Positions 39,361 to 53,600 of a DNA stretch of 64,000 nt are shown here, piece after piece. This stretch comes from Mobula hypostoma. Its lineage: Eukaryota. The stretch is from positions 60,946,001 through 61,010,000 of the forward strand of contig NC_086100.1 in assembly GCF_963921235.1 (NCBI RefSeq). Direction: 5' to 3'. The notes below the pieces were generated by a model. It saw only the letters and a program-made list of their open reading frames with translations. It did not search any database and had not been told where the DNA came from. The translations under genes and the position numbers were made by a program. The first letter of the stretch is position 1. Each line of letters begins with the position of its first letter.

Positions 39361-40381
39361 CCATGTCAATTCTTTTGTTCATTTACACTAATACAAATTG
39401 CCACACTATGTTTGTGTACTTCGATGCTTTGCTTAGTAAGTGCCTAAATTCTGCAATGTCCTCAGCCAGCACACTCCAGATACCAACTACTCTCCATGTT
39501 AAAAACTTTCCCCTCAAATCCTCTTTAAAACTCTCCCATTTCACAGGAGTTTAAAAAAAATATATCTACCTAGATTTTCCAAATCATGCCTGGGTAACTC
39601 TGCAAAAGTGTTGTAATTACCTCAAGGTGACATTTCCTGCTCTGCTCATGTTGTCCAATTGAGCAATGTTATCTTTTCTACAGCCCTCCCAGCCCTTTAG
39701 CTGAGAAGCCCAACTCTTAAAGATGTAATGATTAAAATCTGGTGCAAACACGGAAGTTCTTATTTGAATAAAAGTGGGAGACCATGGTAGGTAGCTAGCA
39801 GAAAGGTTAACAGGTTTTTTGATTATTTAAGTGAATGTCAATGTTTTAAATTTATAATTAGAACATGCATTTTTGGTACTCCTGAAATGAAAACATTTAA
39901 AATTTTGAGCAAGACTGGCAAGTAAACTAAATGTCAAAAAACAGTGAAATATAAAATGGACTCAACTACCTCCAAGTTTTGCCTTCACTCTCTTCCCAGA
40001 TTCATAGATTTAAAAGTCTTCAGACTTGCCTGTGCCAATTCTGAGTGCAATGGAAGGCCTGCCACATGAAAGCTCAAGAACCAAGTTGCCAGTAGAAGAT
40101 TGTGGCAGTGATTTTGGAGAAAACGAAGATTTGACTCATCAACTGAGAAAAAATTTCAGATTCCAACAAGAAAAAAAAAATCCCACTTTATTTAGACTTT
40201 GAATCATCATGATAATTATTATTAAAGGAACCTCATTTGAAGTAACTATTGGTTTGAATTATGGGACTGGGTCAAAGGACAATACAATTAACTGGAGAGC
40301 CAAATATATACACATAGCACACCTATAGAAATAATGACGCTAAATAACAGGCAAGATAACCTTACTAATATTCTGACATAC

Positions 40382-40607
40382 CTGACTGCTCAATTATCTG
40401 CCCTTGCATTGTTACCACTCTCCAGCGCTTGTCCTTCTGGAATGCAACCCGTGTTGCTTGCTCTAAATCCTTAGCCACAAGTGTGTCACGAAGTGCAAAG
40501 TAAAATGCTGGTCGCACCATCTCGTTGCTTATTTTAACCAAATCAAAGAGACGGGGTATGTTTTCAGGAGTTTGGATTTTACTGCTACTTTTCTCCCAAA
40601 CTTTCAT
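40382..40607 (-). CDS. SMC4: SMC4 hinge exon (MKVWEK...PRLFDLVK...RWRVVTMQGQIIEQS)
   Basis: cag/gtatgt sites; 226 nt, phase 0/1. Confidence 0.96.
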
Positions 40608-40685
40608 CTGAAGAAAGAAAGATAAGTTTCCATAATAGTTACAAGTATTTTAAATCAAACACATTTAAATTCTAGTGATTAGTAC

Positions 40686-40847
40686 CTTATCCAAAGCAAT
40701 AAAAGTTGCTACTCCAATATTTTGATTCTTCAGGAACTTGACACACTCTTGAGCATTATCAATTGTGTCCACAACGATGTTATCTAAGGCACCACAACAG
40801 GAGGAAATAGCAACATCGTATTTTTCATCAATGGCACCCAGGTCACC
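40686..40847 (-). CDS. SMC4: SMC4 hinge exon (GDLGAIDEKYDVAISSCCGALDNIVVD...ATFIALDK)
   Basis: tag/gtact sites; 162 nt; SMC hinge motif. Confidence 0.96.
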
Positions 40848-40959
40848 CTAAAATAAATTATAAAAATAGAAAGATAACAATTAAACTAAAATAGAAGTCA
40901 ACCACAAAAAAGATTTCTGGGTTACTGTGCAAATGGTTTACATTTCATATTCCCCTTAC

Positions 40960-41145
40960 CAGTCTCCCATGGATTCCAAGAATTTTGCCAGTGTTCTTCT
41001 GCTGCATTAGAGCTTCCAAAACTCTGCCCCGACTGCGATTTACTGTCAAAGCGCTCTTTACTTCTTCAACCTTTTGCCGCAGCTCATAAACACTATTCCG
41101 CATCTGAGCATCAATCTGGATTATTTTATCAAGTTCCTTTTCATC
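40960..41145 (-). CDS. SMC4: SMC4 exon entering the hinge (DEKELDKII...NRSRGRVLEAL...GIHGRL)
   Basis: tag/gtaagg sites; 186 nt, phase 0/0. Confidence 0.95.
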
Positions 41146-41550
41146 CTAGTAAGGATATAAGAAATCCATTCTGATTTTGTTACATCTTAAACTGAGAAAG
41201 GCACAATTTTAGCATTTAATTCATTATTAAAAATATGCACAACTGCATACAGTATATCAATGAGACAAACTTCTGAGCTTTTAAGTCATGTAGCATGAAA
41301 TTTCAAGAACAAATCTATTCCCAAATTCATATTTAAATACCAACTGATTAAATTTGAACCTCCTAAACTAGACAAATGGACATTAGCCGAAATAAAATTT
41401 CATGCAATCCAATACTTCAGAAAGTCACCATTAAAAATTGCATAGAACAGTTGCACTGCACTTTGCACTGACTTAAAAAACCCTCAAATATCCCAGCCAC
41501 AACCAAGATGAATCTTTAGATAAAATATAATAAATTATTAAATACTTGTA

Positions 41551-42215
41551 CAGAGGTTTCTGGTTATTTGGGACAGGAAACTGTTGTAAATGGTTTCTAA
41601 CTAAGGTGAGTCATGTGGACTTGCATGGCAGTTAAATACAACATCGTGCTTAGAGTGAAGAGTGTTTAAATTGCGTCAGTTGCTTGTGTTTGTGTTCAAA
41701 AAGTAATGATTATTGTCACTGATAGTTGGGGAGAAATGAGCAGCAAGCCAACTCAATCATTTTGCTCAGTGAAATTTCAAGCTTTCAGCCTTGGAGATAC
41801 CAGAAACAGAATCAAAACAAAACAATTTCACTACTTCAACAAGTTAGCAACTTGGAAGTATCAACAAACAATGAAGATTTGGAGGATGCAATCGTTGAAA
41901 GCATTGTGTGAAGGCAGTCCATTATCTGCCCAGATGTTTCTATCGATTTTGTTCTTTTTGACTATCAAAAAGAACATAGGTGTATACACTGGATGAATCT
42001 CTATCCATAACTATTAGGAACTAATACAATTTTATTGTACTGTAGTAGATTGGCAGTGTTCTAATATGTTCTGTATTTCATTTAAGTACATTATTTGTCT
42101 TTCTTTAAAATACCTTTTTAACTATTCCTATGAAACTTTGGCTAATTTGGGCAGACATTTAATTGGGCCAAAATATACTAGTCCCAATGTGTTCCAATTA
42201 ACCACAATTTATTAC
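41551..42215 (+). mobile_element. pogo/Tigger-like element, copy 3 (no nested insertions)
   Basis: TA followed by CAGAGGTTTCTGGTTATTTGGGACA; shares the EDLEDAIVESIV remnant with copies 1 and 2. Confidence 0.78.
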
Positions 42216-43856
42216 ATTACACTTGTCATAATTATTTCCCAATATATTAATATTTCAAAGTAAGACTGGCAAAGCATACATCTCTACAGGTGTGTGTTAC
42301 AAAGTACCAAACCACAATTTACAACTTGTTTCCTAATAAACTTAGTCCACCTAAAAGAAAAGCTCTTTTTAAAAAAAAAGAAGGATCAAAACATCATTTA
42401 TAAGGTTGTTAATTCCATATGGAAGAGAGCTTTAGCTCCCTGACCAAATGGAAATTTTGGACTCATACAAGCATTGTAAAGACGAACTTCTGCATAACTG
42501 ATTCTCGCTATTATTAATCAGGCCTTAAAAAAAAATCTACCAGCTACTTCAAATTCAGTTGAAAGTCATAACATGTTAAAATAGGAACCACTACTCCAAT
42601 AATTGATAAGACATTAGGTTAAGCATTTTCTGGACTTTCCATTGAAACTACCCATTCCTTTCTTCTTTGTACTCCCCCCACATGGGCCATCTTCACAACC
42701 CAATTTCCAAGGGTTACTCACAAGAAACAAATCCATGATTTCTTAGTTACTCCTTACATGCAAATCTAGCTACTGCCACTTTGCTGCTTTGAGGTTTCTT
42801 TCAGGCTTGCCAACAGCCTCAATATCTCAAATAAAACAGAAAACTCTGGAACAAATTAGAATATGCGGATAAAAAAAAAAGCAGATCAATGCCCACACCT
42901 CAAAGCCAAAGAAAAAGATAACCTGAAATATTAACACACTGTTTGTCTTTCCACAGATGCTACCTAACTTGTCAAAAATTCAAATTTTTCATATTTCCTT
43001 CACTTAGTCACACTGGAGCTCTCCTTACTTAAGATATAAAAGCACACTCCATGCTACCTCACCACAGACCTTGCTTGGAATTCCTTGTGGAGGGTCCAAT
43101 GTTAAATTGACAATATGAAAGTAGGTTTAGGGCTGGAAATGAAAATCAATGAACTCCCACCACTGATCCCCGACCTCTGCAAATGTCCTTCTACTAAAAC
43201 CACATCACTTAAACTGCTTTTAAGGATGTCCCAGCAATTTTCAGGAACCAGTGTAAAGTTGACTGCTGAAACAGTTAGTAGGCAAAGGTAGAGTTTGTGA
43301 CCAAAAGTGATTCAATTTCTTGGGGTTGGGAGCTACAGGTTGCCAAATCCAGAGTTGGACTAAGCTTAAAAGGTTGTTTCTAGAGTTGAAATATCCACAA
43401 TTCCTCATCAACTGCAGCAAAAAAACAATGCTATACATGTTTAGTAACTTCATTTATTGTACTGAGAGGATACTTACTACAGGTAATTTAGTTTTTTGAA
43501 CCCAAGTTCAAGTCCTGGATTATTCAAGTGTTTCTGTTAATAACACTTAAAGTTCTTGAATGTCTGTCGTCATTTTGACTTACAAAACATTCAATTTTTT
43601 GAAACAGCAAGTTTGCTGGAAAATTGTTCCTCCTGTTGGTACATGAAGCAGCTCAGTAAACAGTATTCAATAATCAGCACCTTCTGGATACACAATGGTA
43701 GTAATTGTATTCTTTAAAAAGAAATCAACTAGATTATTTATTATGTCCATGAAAAACTTTAGACATGCCAATACTCACAAATAAATGTTACTCATTTAAA
43801 TGTATCGAATATAGAGATTGCTGGAAAGAAGTCTTTCAAAAGTTTATTTAACTAAC

Positions 43857-44090
43857 CTTATCCAATTGTTGTTCATTTTGTGGAATTTTGGCTTCCAAAT
43901 CTTTAATTGCTGCTTTTCTTTCTTTAAGTGTATTAACAGTAGCTGCTAGTGCATCCTTAGACTGGCTGAGTTGACCCAAAGCAGATTTATGGTGACTGAG
44001 GTAAATATCTAGCTCTGACTGAGCCACATCCATCTTTGATCTAGCCTCATTCACTGCTTTACTCAATTCCATCAACTCCTTCTCATTCAC
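43857..44090 (-). CDS. SMC4: SMC4 exon (VNEKELMELSKAVNEARSKMDVAQSELDIYLS...QQLDK)
   Basis: cag/gttagt sites; 234 nt, phase 0/0; strong SMC4 identity. Confidence 0.96.
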
Positions 44091-44442
44091 CTGTATATAT
44101 AAATAAGTATATATTAATTAAAAACTACAATGTTAAGATGACAAAAATTAATAAAATTCAGGTACTGTGCAAGCTCATGTTAAAATTAAAAGTCTTCAGT
44201 CGAAGGACACCTTTGTTACTGAATATTTTACTTATGTAGAATTCAATCAAATGAAATGTACTTGTGCTTGTCATTTTCAATTTTAATGGAAATAAACATC
44301 TGAAAAAGTATTATCTGAAATAGTTCAAGCAACACAAAGAAAAATATGCTAAACTCAGTAAAATTCTTTTATACCTTTAAACTTTAAGCATTGTATTTGC
44401 CTTATTCCATCTTCTACTGTAGTAATTAAAATTATACCGTAC

Positions 44443-44607
44443 CTCTTTTTCTTCCTGCAATCCTTGTGTCTCTTGTTTGAGAGTCTCCATTACTTTCCTC
44501 AGCTTCTCTTCCTCATTTATTTTATTTTGTTCAAGCTTTTCCTTTCCAGCTGTTGCTTCTCTGATGGTCTTTTCACTATCATTGGGTACATTTTTCAAAT
44601 CATTCAA
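44443..44607 (-). CDS. SMC4: SMC4 exon (LNDLKNVPNDSEK...LKQETQGLQEEKE)
   Basis: tag/gtacgg sites; 165 nt, phase 0/0. Confidence 0.95.
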
Positions 44608-44904
44608 CTATCAAAGTATAATAAGCAAAAACTTCATGCGTTAATAAACAAATATATACTGTTTTCTACAAATAGTATTTCTCAAATATTTCAATTTTAC
44701 AAGCATTGGTGAGAAGATACTTTTCAGTAAAGAGAAAGACGACCCAGACTGTTCATCCTTCCATATTAAAATTGCATATCATTAACCATAAAAGGTGTGC
44801 CCTTTTTACCTTCTTAAAATAAACATATTTCAGTACAATTGAGCAGTAACAGAGATCCCCAAAGAAGATTCACTGATGTACAGTGAGTACTACCTAAACC
44901 TAAA

Positions 44905-46570
44905 GCATTGCAATGGGGGACTTCAATTATACAAGGGGGAATCACAAGAGACGGAATTTGTTGAATGCCTATAAGATGGCATTTTAGAGCAACTTGTGCT
45001 TGAGCCTATTCGGTGAAAGGCCATCTTAGATTGGGTAATAACCAAGAACTTATTAGGGAGCTTTATGTCAAGGAACCCTTAGGAGGCAGTGATCATAATA
45101 CGATCAATTAATGTTGCAATTTGAAAGGGAGAAGCACAAGTCACATGTACCAGTATCGCAATGGAATAAAGGAATTACAGAGACATGAGAGAGGAGCTTG
45201 CCCAGGTGGATAGGAAGGGGATACTGGCAGGGATGATGTCAGAGCAGAGGTGGCTGAAGTTTCTGAGAATAGATCACAAGTAGTAGTTCTCAAATGGCAG
45301 GACGAGGCAACCGTGGCTGACAAGGGGAGTTATGGCCTACATAAAAGCCAAGGAAAGGGCATATAACATAGCATACAATTCTATCACTGGTATGGAGGGG
45401 CTACTGCACAGGTCTGAAAGCTGCTGCAGAAGGTTGTAAATCTAGTCAGCTCCATCTTGAGCACTAGCCTACAAAGTACCCAGGACATCTTTAGGGAGCA
45501 GTGTTTCAGAAAGGCAGCATCCATTATTAAAGACCTCCAGCACCCAAAGCATGCCCTTTTCTCACTGTTACCATCAGGTAGGAGATACAGAAGCCTGAAG
45601 GTACACGCTCAGCGATTCAGGAACAGCTTCTTCCCCTCTGCCTGTGCTATGGGCCTGTACTCAATGGAATTTAGAAGAATGTGGGGGAAGGGAGGGGAAT
45701 AGCATTGAAACCTATTAAAATTGAAAGGACTAGATAAGGTGGATGTGGAGAGAATATTTCCTATGGTGGGGGTATCCAGAACCAAGGGCACAACCTTAGA
45801 ATTGACAGACAACCTTTTAGAACTGAGGTAAAGAGGAATTTTTTTTTTTAGCCGAAGTAGTGAATCTGTGGAATGCTATACCATAGTTCGCAGCTGAAGC
45901 CAAGTCCATGGGTATATTTAAAGCGGAAGTTGATAATTTCCTGATTGGTCGGGGCCTCAAGGGATACGGTGAGAGCAGGTGTGGAGGGTTGACTGGGATT
46001 CGGGATCAGCGATGATGAAGTGGACTCAATAGGCTGAATACCATAATTCTGCTTCTTTAACTTATGGTTTAAACTCATAAGAAATTAATAACAGCTGAAA
46101 AATAATGCTGTTCTATCTGTAAGCAAATTACACCAGCAAAAACAGGATTCACCAGGACACTGCCTGGATTGGAGGGTAGGAGCTACAAGGAGGTTGAACC
46201 AATTTGTGCTGTTTTTGTCCTAGCACTGGAAGCCAAGGGGAGGCCTAATGAAGTTTATAAAATCATCAGACACACAGATAGGGGACACAGAATCCTCCCC
46301 ACTTTCCACCAGGGTAGAAATGCGAAAGACTAGAGGGAAAGCTCTTAAGATGAGTGTAGGAATAATTTAAAAGAAATATTATACAGAATGGTGGGTGCAT
46401 AGACATACTGCTAGGGGCAGAAATGATAGCAATGCTCAAGAGGCTTTTTAGACAAACATGAATGCAGGGATGGAAGGATAAGGAACTTGTAAAGGCAAAA
46501 GAAATTTAGTTCAATTTGGCACAGTGTTTGGCACAAACATCATGGTCTGAAGGGCCTTATATGTGCTTTG
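44905..46570 (+). mobile_element. Cluster of CR1 fragments with a Rex1 fragment (45380-45640)
   Basis: GDFNY and LGGSDHN endonuclease remnants; two CR1 3' ends; LLPSGRRYRSL...RFRNSFFP Rex1 C-terminus. Confidence 0.78.
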
Positions 46571-46869
46571 CAAAACCAGGACGATAATTAAACCAGACTA
46601 ATGGTGCTTATCCACATAATAACCTGTAATATCTTTGGAAGGTAAGGAGTGAAAAGACAATTAAGCTCCATAGTGAGCCACTGGTGCTTAGTTGACCTGA
46701 TTAAGTTTTGAGACATTTTCACAAGGTAAAATAGTTGAAAGTGAGTTATACCACAAGTATATGCAGAAATGTTCCTGATGTCTTAAAAAAAAGGTAACAA
46801 TCCAGTAGAGCATCTTTTAGTCTTTTTTGAGTAATGAAAAAACTAAGAGATGTTGTACCGGATCATTGT

Positions 46870-49800
46870 CACATGTAACTCAGAAGTGGGGGAGAAGAGG
46901 GGAGCTGTAATGATGGGGGAAAAGAAAGAAGGTTCTGTGGAGGACAGCGATATTTATGGATGGTTTGTTGCCTCCTGGTCGTCAGGGTCAGGGACATCTT
47001 GGATTGAGTCCACAGCATTCCTTAGTGGGAGGCTGGTTGAGTAACAACGACATGGGTAGGATGGATGATGAAATCCTGCGAAGTGAATTCAGGGAGCTAG
47101 GTGCTAAGTTAAAGTACAGCACCTCAGGGGTTGTTACCTCAGGATTGCTGCCCTGTGCTACATGCTGGTGAGGCCAGAAATTGGAAGATCATATAGTTTA
47201 ACACTTAGCTAAGGAGTCATTGTTCTGTCTTCCAGGGAAGGTGGGACCTGTACAGAAGAACCCATTTGCAGCTGAACTGTAGACTAATATCAGCACAAGG
47301 AGGTTTGCCAGTGCTGCACAGGGAGGCAGGGGTTTAAACTAGAGTTACAGGAGGTTGGGAATCAGGCTGCCAGAATAGATAGTGGAGAGGTTGTGGAGGT
47401 AGATATTAAGATCACAAAGTCAGGAATCAAGAGGTTGAGCATGGTGTGACTAATGCCCTGAGCTGCACATATTTCAATGCAAGAAGTATTGAAGGAAAGG
47501 TGGATAAGTTTAGGGCATGGACCAGCACATGGAATTATGTCCTTGTAGCCTTAGCGAGACTTGGTTGCGGGAGGGGCACAACTGGCAGCTCAATATTCCA
47601 GTGGGGAGGGGCGGCATTACCAGTCTGGACAGACTGGAAAGCTCGTCTAGTGCTACCTTATGGGCAGAAATGAGAAACAAGGTAGGTGTGACCATGTTAA
47701 TGGAGTTATATTATACCACCCAACAGTCCACAAGACTTACAGGAACAAATATGTAGAGATTGCAGACTGTTTCAAAAAAATAAAAAGGTTGTGATAATAG
47801 GTGACTTTCCACACATTGACTGGTACTCCCATACTTTAAAAGGATTGGATAGGAATGAGTTTGTCAAGTGGGTTCAGTAAAGTTTCTTTCATCAGTACAC
47901 AGAAGTCCCAACTCAAGAGAGTGTGATACTAGAGCTCCTGCTAGGGAAGGTTACAGAAGTTTGTGTCAGGGAAAACTTTGCATCTAGTGATAATAAATTT
48001 CAAGGTAATTATGAAGAGGCATAGGTCTGGTCCTCAGCTTGAGATTCCATATTTGTGAAAGGCCAACTTTGCTGATATCAGAAAAGATCTGACAAGTATG
48101 GTAAGTGTCAGGCCTTCAAAAGTGAAATTTTGAAAGTATAGAGCTTGCATGTCCCTTTCAGAATAAAAGGAAGACATAATAGGTTTATGGAACCTTAGTT
48201 TTCAATAAATATTGAGGCTCTCCCTGGATAAGAAAATAAAGGCAGTGCAAAACAGGTATAGGCAGGTACTTGAGAAGCACAAGAAATGCAAGAGAATAAG
48301 TACTTAAGAAATCAGGACGGCTAAAAAAAGACATGAGGCTGCTCTAGCAGACAAGGTGAAGGAGAATCCTAAAAGCTTCTACAGACACATTAAGAGCAAA
48401 AGAATAGCAAGGGACAAAATTGATCTTCTGAATATCAATATTCCAGAGTGGTAATATAACTGTGGGGCCAAAAAAAGATGAGGGAGACCTTAAAAGGATT
48501 TTCTGCATCGGTATTTACTTGTGAGATGGATTGAGATTCTATAGTTGTGACGAAATGCAGCACTGAGGTCATGGACCCAATACAGATTACAGAGGTGGTG
48601 GTGTTGGCTGTCTTGAGGCGAATGAGGGCAGATAAATCCCTAGGGCCTGACAAGGTGCTCCCTTGGCCCCTGTGGAAGGCTAATGCAGAAATCGCAGGGG
48701 CCCTCTCAGAGATATTTAAAACCACGTGATATGCTAGAGGATGAGGATAGTTAATACTACTTCATTGTTTAAGAAAGGCTCCAAGATTAAACTCAGAAAT
48801 TATAGTCCAGTGAGCCTGACATCAGTAGTGGGAAAGTTATTGGAAAGTATTCTAAGGGACCAGATATACAAGTATTCGGACAGACATGGACTGATTAGAG
48901 ATGGTCAACATGGCTTTGTGCATGGCAAGTTGTGTCTAACCAATCTTATGGAGTTTTTTTTTGAGGAAGTTAACGGGAAAGCTGATGAAGGCAAGGCAGT
49001 GGATGTTGTCTACATGGACTTCATGAAGGCATTTGACAAAGTCACGCATGGGAGGTTGGTCAAGAAGGTTCAGTCTCTCAGCATTCAAGATGAGGTAGTA
49101 AACTGGATTACACTGGCTTTGTGGGATAAGCCAGCGTGGTAATAGATGGTTGTCTCTCTGACTGCAGGCCTGTGACCGGTGGAGTGCTGCAGGGATCGGT
49201 ACTGGGTCCATTATTGTTTATCATCTATATTAATGAACTGGATGATAATGTGGTTAACTGGATCAGCAATTTTGCAGATGACACCAAGATCGGGGGCATA
49301 GTGGACAGTGAGGAAGACCATCACAGCTTGCAGTGGAACCTGGACCAGCTAGATAATTGGGCTGAAAATTGGCAGATGGAATCTAATGCAAACAAGTACA
49401 AGGTATTGCAGTTTGTAAGGATCATAGTGAACTGTGGGTCACCAAAGAGTCCTGTAGAAAAAAGGGATCTGGGAATACAGGCCTATAACTCATTGAGAGT
49501 GGCATCACAGGTAGATAAGGATTGTAGAGAAAAGTTTTGGCATTTTAGCCTTGATAAATCAACGTACTGAGTGCAGGAATTGGGATGTAATGTTGAAATT
49601 GCATAAGATGCTGGTGAGACCGAATTTGGGGTATTGTGTGCAGTTTTGGTCATCTACCTACAAGAAAGATGCTAATAAACTGGAAGAGTACAGAGAAAAT
49701 TTACAAGGATGTTCCTGGGACTGGAGGACCTGAGGAAAGATTGAATAGGTTAGGACATTATTCCTTGGAATGTAGAAGAATGAGGGGAGATTTATCAGAG

Positions 49801-50150
49801 ATATACAAAATTATGAGTGATATAGATAGGGTTAACACAAGCAGGCTTTTTTACCACTAAGGTTGGGTGAGACTACAACTAGGAGTCACAGATTAAGGGT
49901 AAAAGGTAAAATATTTAAGGAAGCCCCTTCCCTCAGAGGGTGGTGAGTGTGGAACGAGTAGCCAGTCTAAGTGGTAGACATGGGGTCAACTTGAACATTT
50001 AAGAGAAATTTGGATAGATACACGGATGAAAGGGGTACGGAGGACTATGGTCTGGGTGCAGGTCGATGGGACTAGGCTCATTAATTGTTTGGTACAAACT
50101 GGATGGGCCAAATAGTCTGTCCATGTGCCAGGTGTGTTCTATGACTATGA
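46870..50150 (+). mobile_element. Decayed near full-length CR1 LINE
   Basis: Esterase remnant, YFNARSI, NYSPVSLTS, YMDFMKAFDKV, QGSVLGPLLF, FADDTK, 3' tail. Confidence 0.92.
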
Positions 50151-50256
50151 CATCCATAGCTACACCGATGTCACATGCAGATGAATTTGCCCATAGATGA
50201 GATTGATAAAGGCCAGGTAATAGGTAAAAATGCACATTTAAATGAGCATACTTTAC

Positions 50257-50407
50257 CTTTTCATTATCTTTCTGTAGTTGTTTCTGCAGTTTCTTCTCTT
50301 TACTTTTTGAATGTTTCAACTTTTCACGGACTTTAACGTCTTGCAAATCAAACTCTGCAAACTTCCCCTTTTTCTCGTCAATGAACTTGGTAATTTCACC
50401 CATTTTC
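50257..50407 (-). CDS. SMC4: SMC4 exon (KMGEITKFIDEKKGKFAEFDLQDVKVREKLKH...DNEK)
   Basis: tag/gtaaag sites; 151 nt, phase 2/0; SMC4 similarity. Confidence 0.95.
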
Positions 50408-50699
50408 CTATAAAGTAATAATAAATAAATATACCCCAAATGACAGTAACTTAACATTTTAAAATTTCGAGCCCGAAGTGTCGCAATTCTTTTGATTTTA
50501 CGAGATGGCATCTGTATTTTTCTAGGATGGAGGACAGCAATATGAAGCTAGAACAGAGATTCATACCCCTTGATCTTTAAGGGTTGATGACCCAACCAGG
50601 CTATGAGTAGTTACGAGCCTCTATAAGTAATTAAACAAAGACATTCTTTGGTTTGTATGGAATTTAAATTTTGAAATCAAGAAAAACAATTAAACAGAT

Positions 50700-53600
50700 A
50701 ACTTGAGAGGCTTTAGCAAAGAGGCATCGGTGAGCATCAGATAGGAACAGGTATGACTGCTTTTTTTGTAGTTGACTAAAAAGATACCAAATTATAACAA
50801 ATTAAATAAAAAAAAAATGCAAAAGTCAGCTGACGAGCTATAGCTGCATGACCTGGAAACTAGTGGGCCCCATTGTGGTTCTTGATGACATCTGCAGCAA
50901 ATACACCAGAAACACTATTACCTGGACACTGTTTTGGGAGACAGTTTCACTCATTAGATATACTACTTCAGATGTGACTGCAAGTGAGGCAGGTTGGGGG
51001 ATTCAAGAGTTAGTGCTGGAGGAGCCCCAGCCCTTGAGCTTGTTGGCCCTGTGAGACTAAGAGTGGAGGCTGTAGGAAGGATGAGCAACTGTACCATGGC
51101 AGTTTGGTCCAGGGAGACATTCAAGAGGGAGAGTGAAATGTAGTTGTATTTGGGAATCGTATAGTCAGAGGAATAGACAATATTCTCTGTTGCAAAGATA
51201 CAGGGACCTGAAGGCTGTGCTGTCTGCCTGATGCAGAGGTTTGGACACCTCATCTGACCTGCAAAGGAATTTGCAGTGGAGGTGAAAGGTCCAGTTTTCA
51301 GGGTCCATGTGGATACGAACAACATAGAAATAAGGAAATAGGTTCTGCTGAAGAAATTTCAGCTGCTAAGAACTAAATTAAAATGCAGAACCAAAAAGCT
51401 AATAATCGTGGATTGCTGCTTGACCAACATGCCATATGGCAGATGGTTCACAAGATCAGTGAGCTAAATGTGTGGCTCAAAGATGGGTGTAGGAGATGTG
51501 GTGAATTTGTGGGATATTGGTACTAGTATTGGGGGAGCACAGAAAAGATGAAATATGAAGGGAAGCTAGCCAATAATATCAAAAGAGGATACCAAATTTT
51601 TTCAGATATATACCGTGTAAAAGATTGGGGGAGGGAGGGGGAGGGGGGGAGAACACTAGATATTGGAAAGGGAGTAATGGGGGACAAGGAAGTGCAGATG
51701 AACTAAGCATGTATTTTGCATCAGTCTACAATGTGGAAGACACCGGCAGTATGCTGGATGTTCCCGAGTGTCGGGGGCAGAGTTGAGTGCAGTTGCTATT
51801 ACTAGGCAGAGGTGCTTGGCAAGCTGTAAGCTCTGAAAGTAGATAGGGCACCAGGACCAGATAGACTACACCCCAAAGATTCTGAAAGAGGAAGCTGAAG
51901 AGATTGTGGAGGCATTAATAATGATCTTTCAAGGGTCAATAGATTTTGGCATAGTCCCAGAAGACTGGAAAATTGCTAATCTCACTCCACTCTTTAAGAA
52001 GGGCGGGTAGGCAGAAGAATGAAAATTATAAGCCAGTTAGCCGGATCTCAGTGGTTGGGAAGATGTTAAGAGTCAATTGTTAAGGAGGTCTCAGGGTACT
52101 TGGAAGCAGATGATAAAATAAAAAAAATTCAGCTCAGTTTCCTTATTGGAAAATCTTGCCTGACAAACCTGTTGGAATTCTTTGAAGAAATAACAAGCAG
52201 CATAGACAAAGGAGAATCAGTGGAAGTGGTATACTTGGATTTTAAGAAGGTCTTGGACAAAGTATTACATGAGGCTGCTTAACAAGATAAGTGCCTATGG
52301 TATTACAGCAAAGATACGGTCATGGACAGAGGATTGGCTGGAGGCAGAATTGGAATAAAGGAAGTATTTTTTTGGTTGGCTACCAGTAACCAGTGGCATT
52401 CACAGGGCAGGGTGTTGGGACTGCTTCTTTTTACATGTCATGACTTGGATGACAGAATTGATGGCTTTGTGGTCAAGTTGGTAGATGATACAAAGATAGG
52501 TGGACAGGCAGAGAGATATGAGGAATCAGGGAGGCTGCAGAAGGGCTTGAGACAAAGCAGGAGAATGGGCAAAGTGACAAATGGAATACAATGACAGCAA
52601 GTATATGCCCATGCACTTGGTGGCAGAAATAATAGTGTGGACTATTTTCTAAACGGGGAGAAAATACAAAAATCAGAGATGCAAAGGGACCTGGGAGTCC
52701 TCGTGCAGAATTCTCTGAATGTTAACTTGCACGTTGAGTCGGTGGTGAGGAAGGCACATGCAATGTTAGCATTCATTTTGAGTGCTAGAATATAACAACA
52801 AGGGAAAAAAAATGCTGACACTATAGGACACTGGTGAGGGCTCATTTGGAATATTGTGAGCAGTTTTGGCCCCCTTATCTAAGGAAGGATGTGCCGATAT
52901 TAAGAGATGAAGTTCATGACAATGATTCCAGTAATGAAAGGGTTATTGTATAGCCTGTACTCGATGGAATTTAGAAGAATGGGGGGGGGGGGGGAAGGAG
53001 AGAGATTTGTTGAAAGGCCTAGATAGAATGGATATAGAATGTTTCCTATAACTGGGGAGTCTAGGACCAGAGGGCACAGCCTCAGAATAGAAGGACATCA
53101 CTTTAGAACAGAGATGAGGTGAAGCAGAGTGATTTTCTATGGGATAAGAAGCCCAGAATTAAAATGAGTAAGATGTGTATATCTAGGGACATGGGTGGGC
53201 TCAGTCTACCAGACATCAGGGTATATAAATTATCCTTTGAAATAACCAAATTAGCTAAACATTGGGACAGGGCCAATGTTGATTTAGATTGGGTAATTAT
53301 AGAATGGAGCCTGGCTGCACCACATTCTCCCCTTAACATCCTCTCACAACATGTGGAAAACAAGACTAATCTAAATCCTATACTATTTCACTCAAGGAGT
53401 GTGTGGAGCACAATTCATAAAGCCTGTAGAATGTCACATTTAAACCAGTTATACTCCTTGCTCTGGAATAACCCTGAGATGCATTGGGAAAAGAATGGTG
53501 TACTGGAAAGAATGGAAGATTAAAGGTGTAAGTACAGTAGATGATCTCTATGAGAATGGGATTTTTATGTCATATGTGAATTTGCAGAGGAAATATAACT

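Noticed and set aside
40156-40210. Box C/D-like pair on the minus strand (ATGATGA...CTGA)
   Set aside because: Only ~55 nt, contains a poly-U run, no terminal stem or recognisable guide
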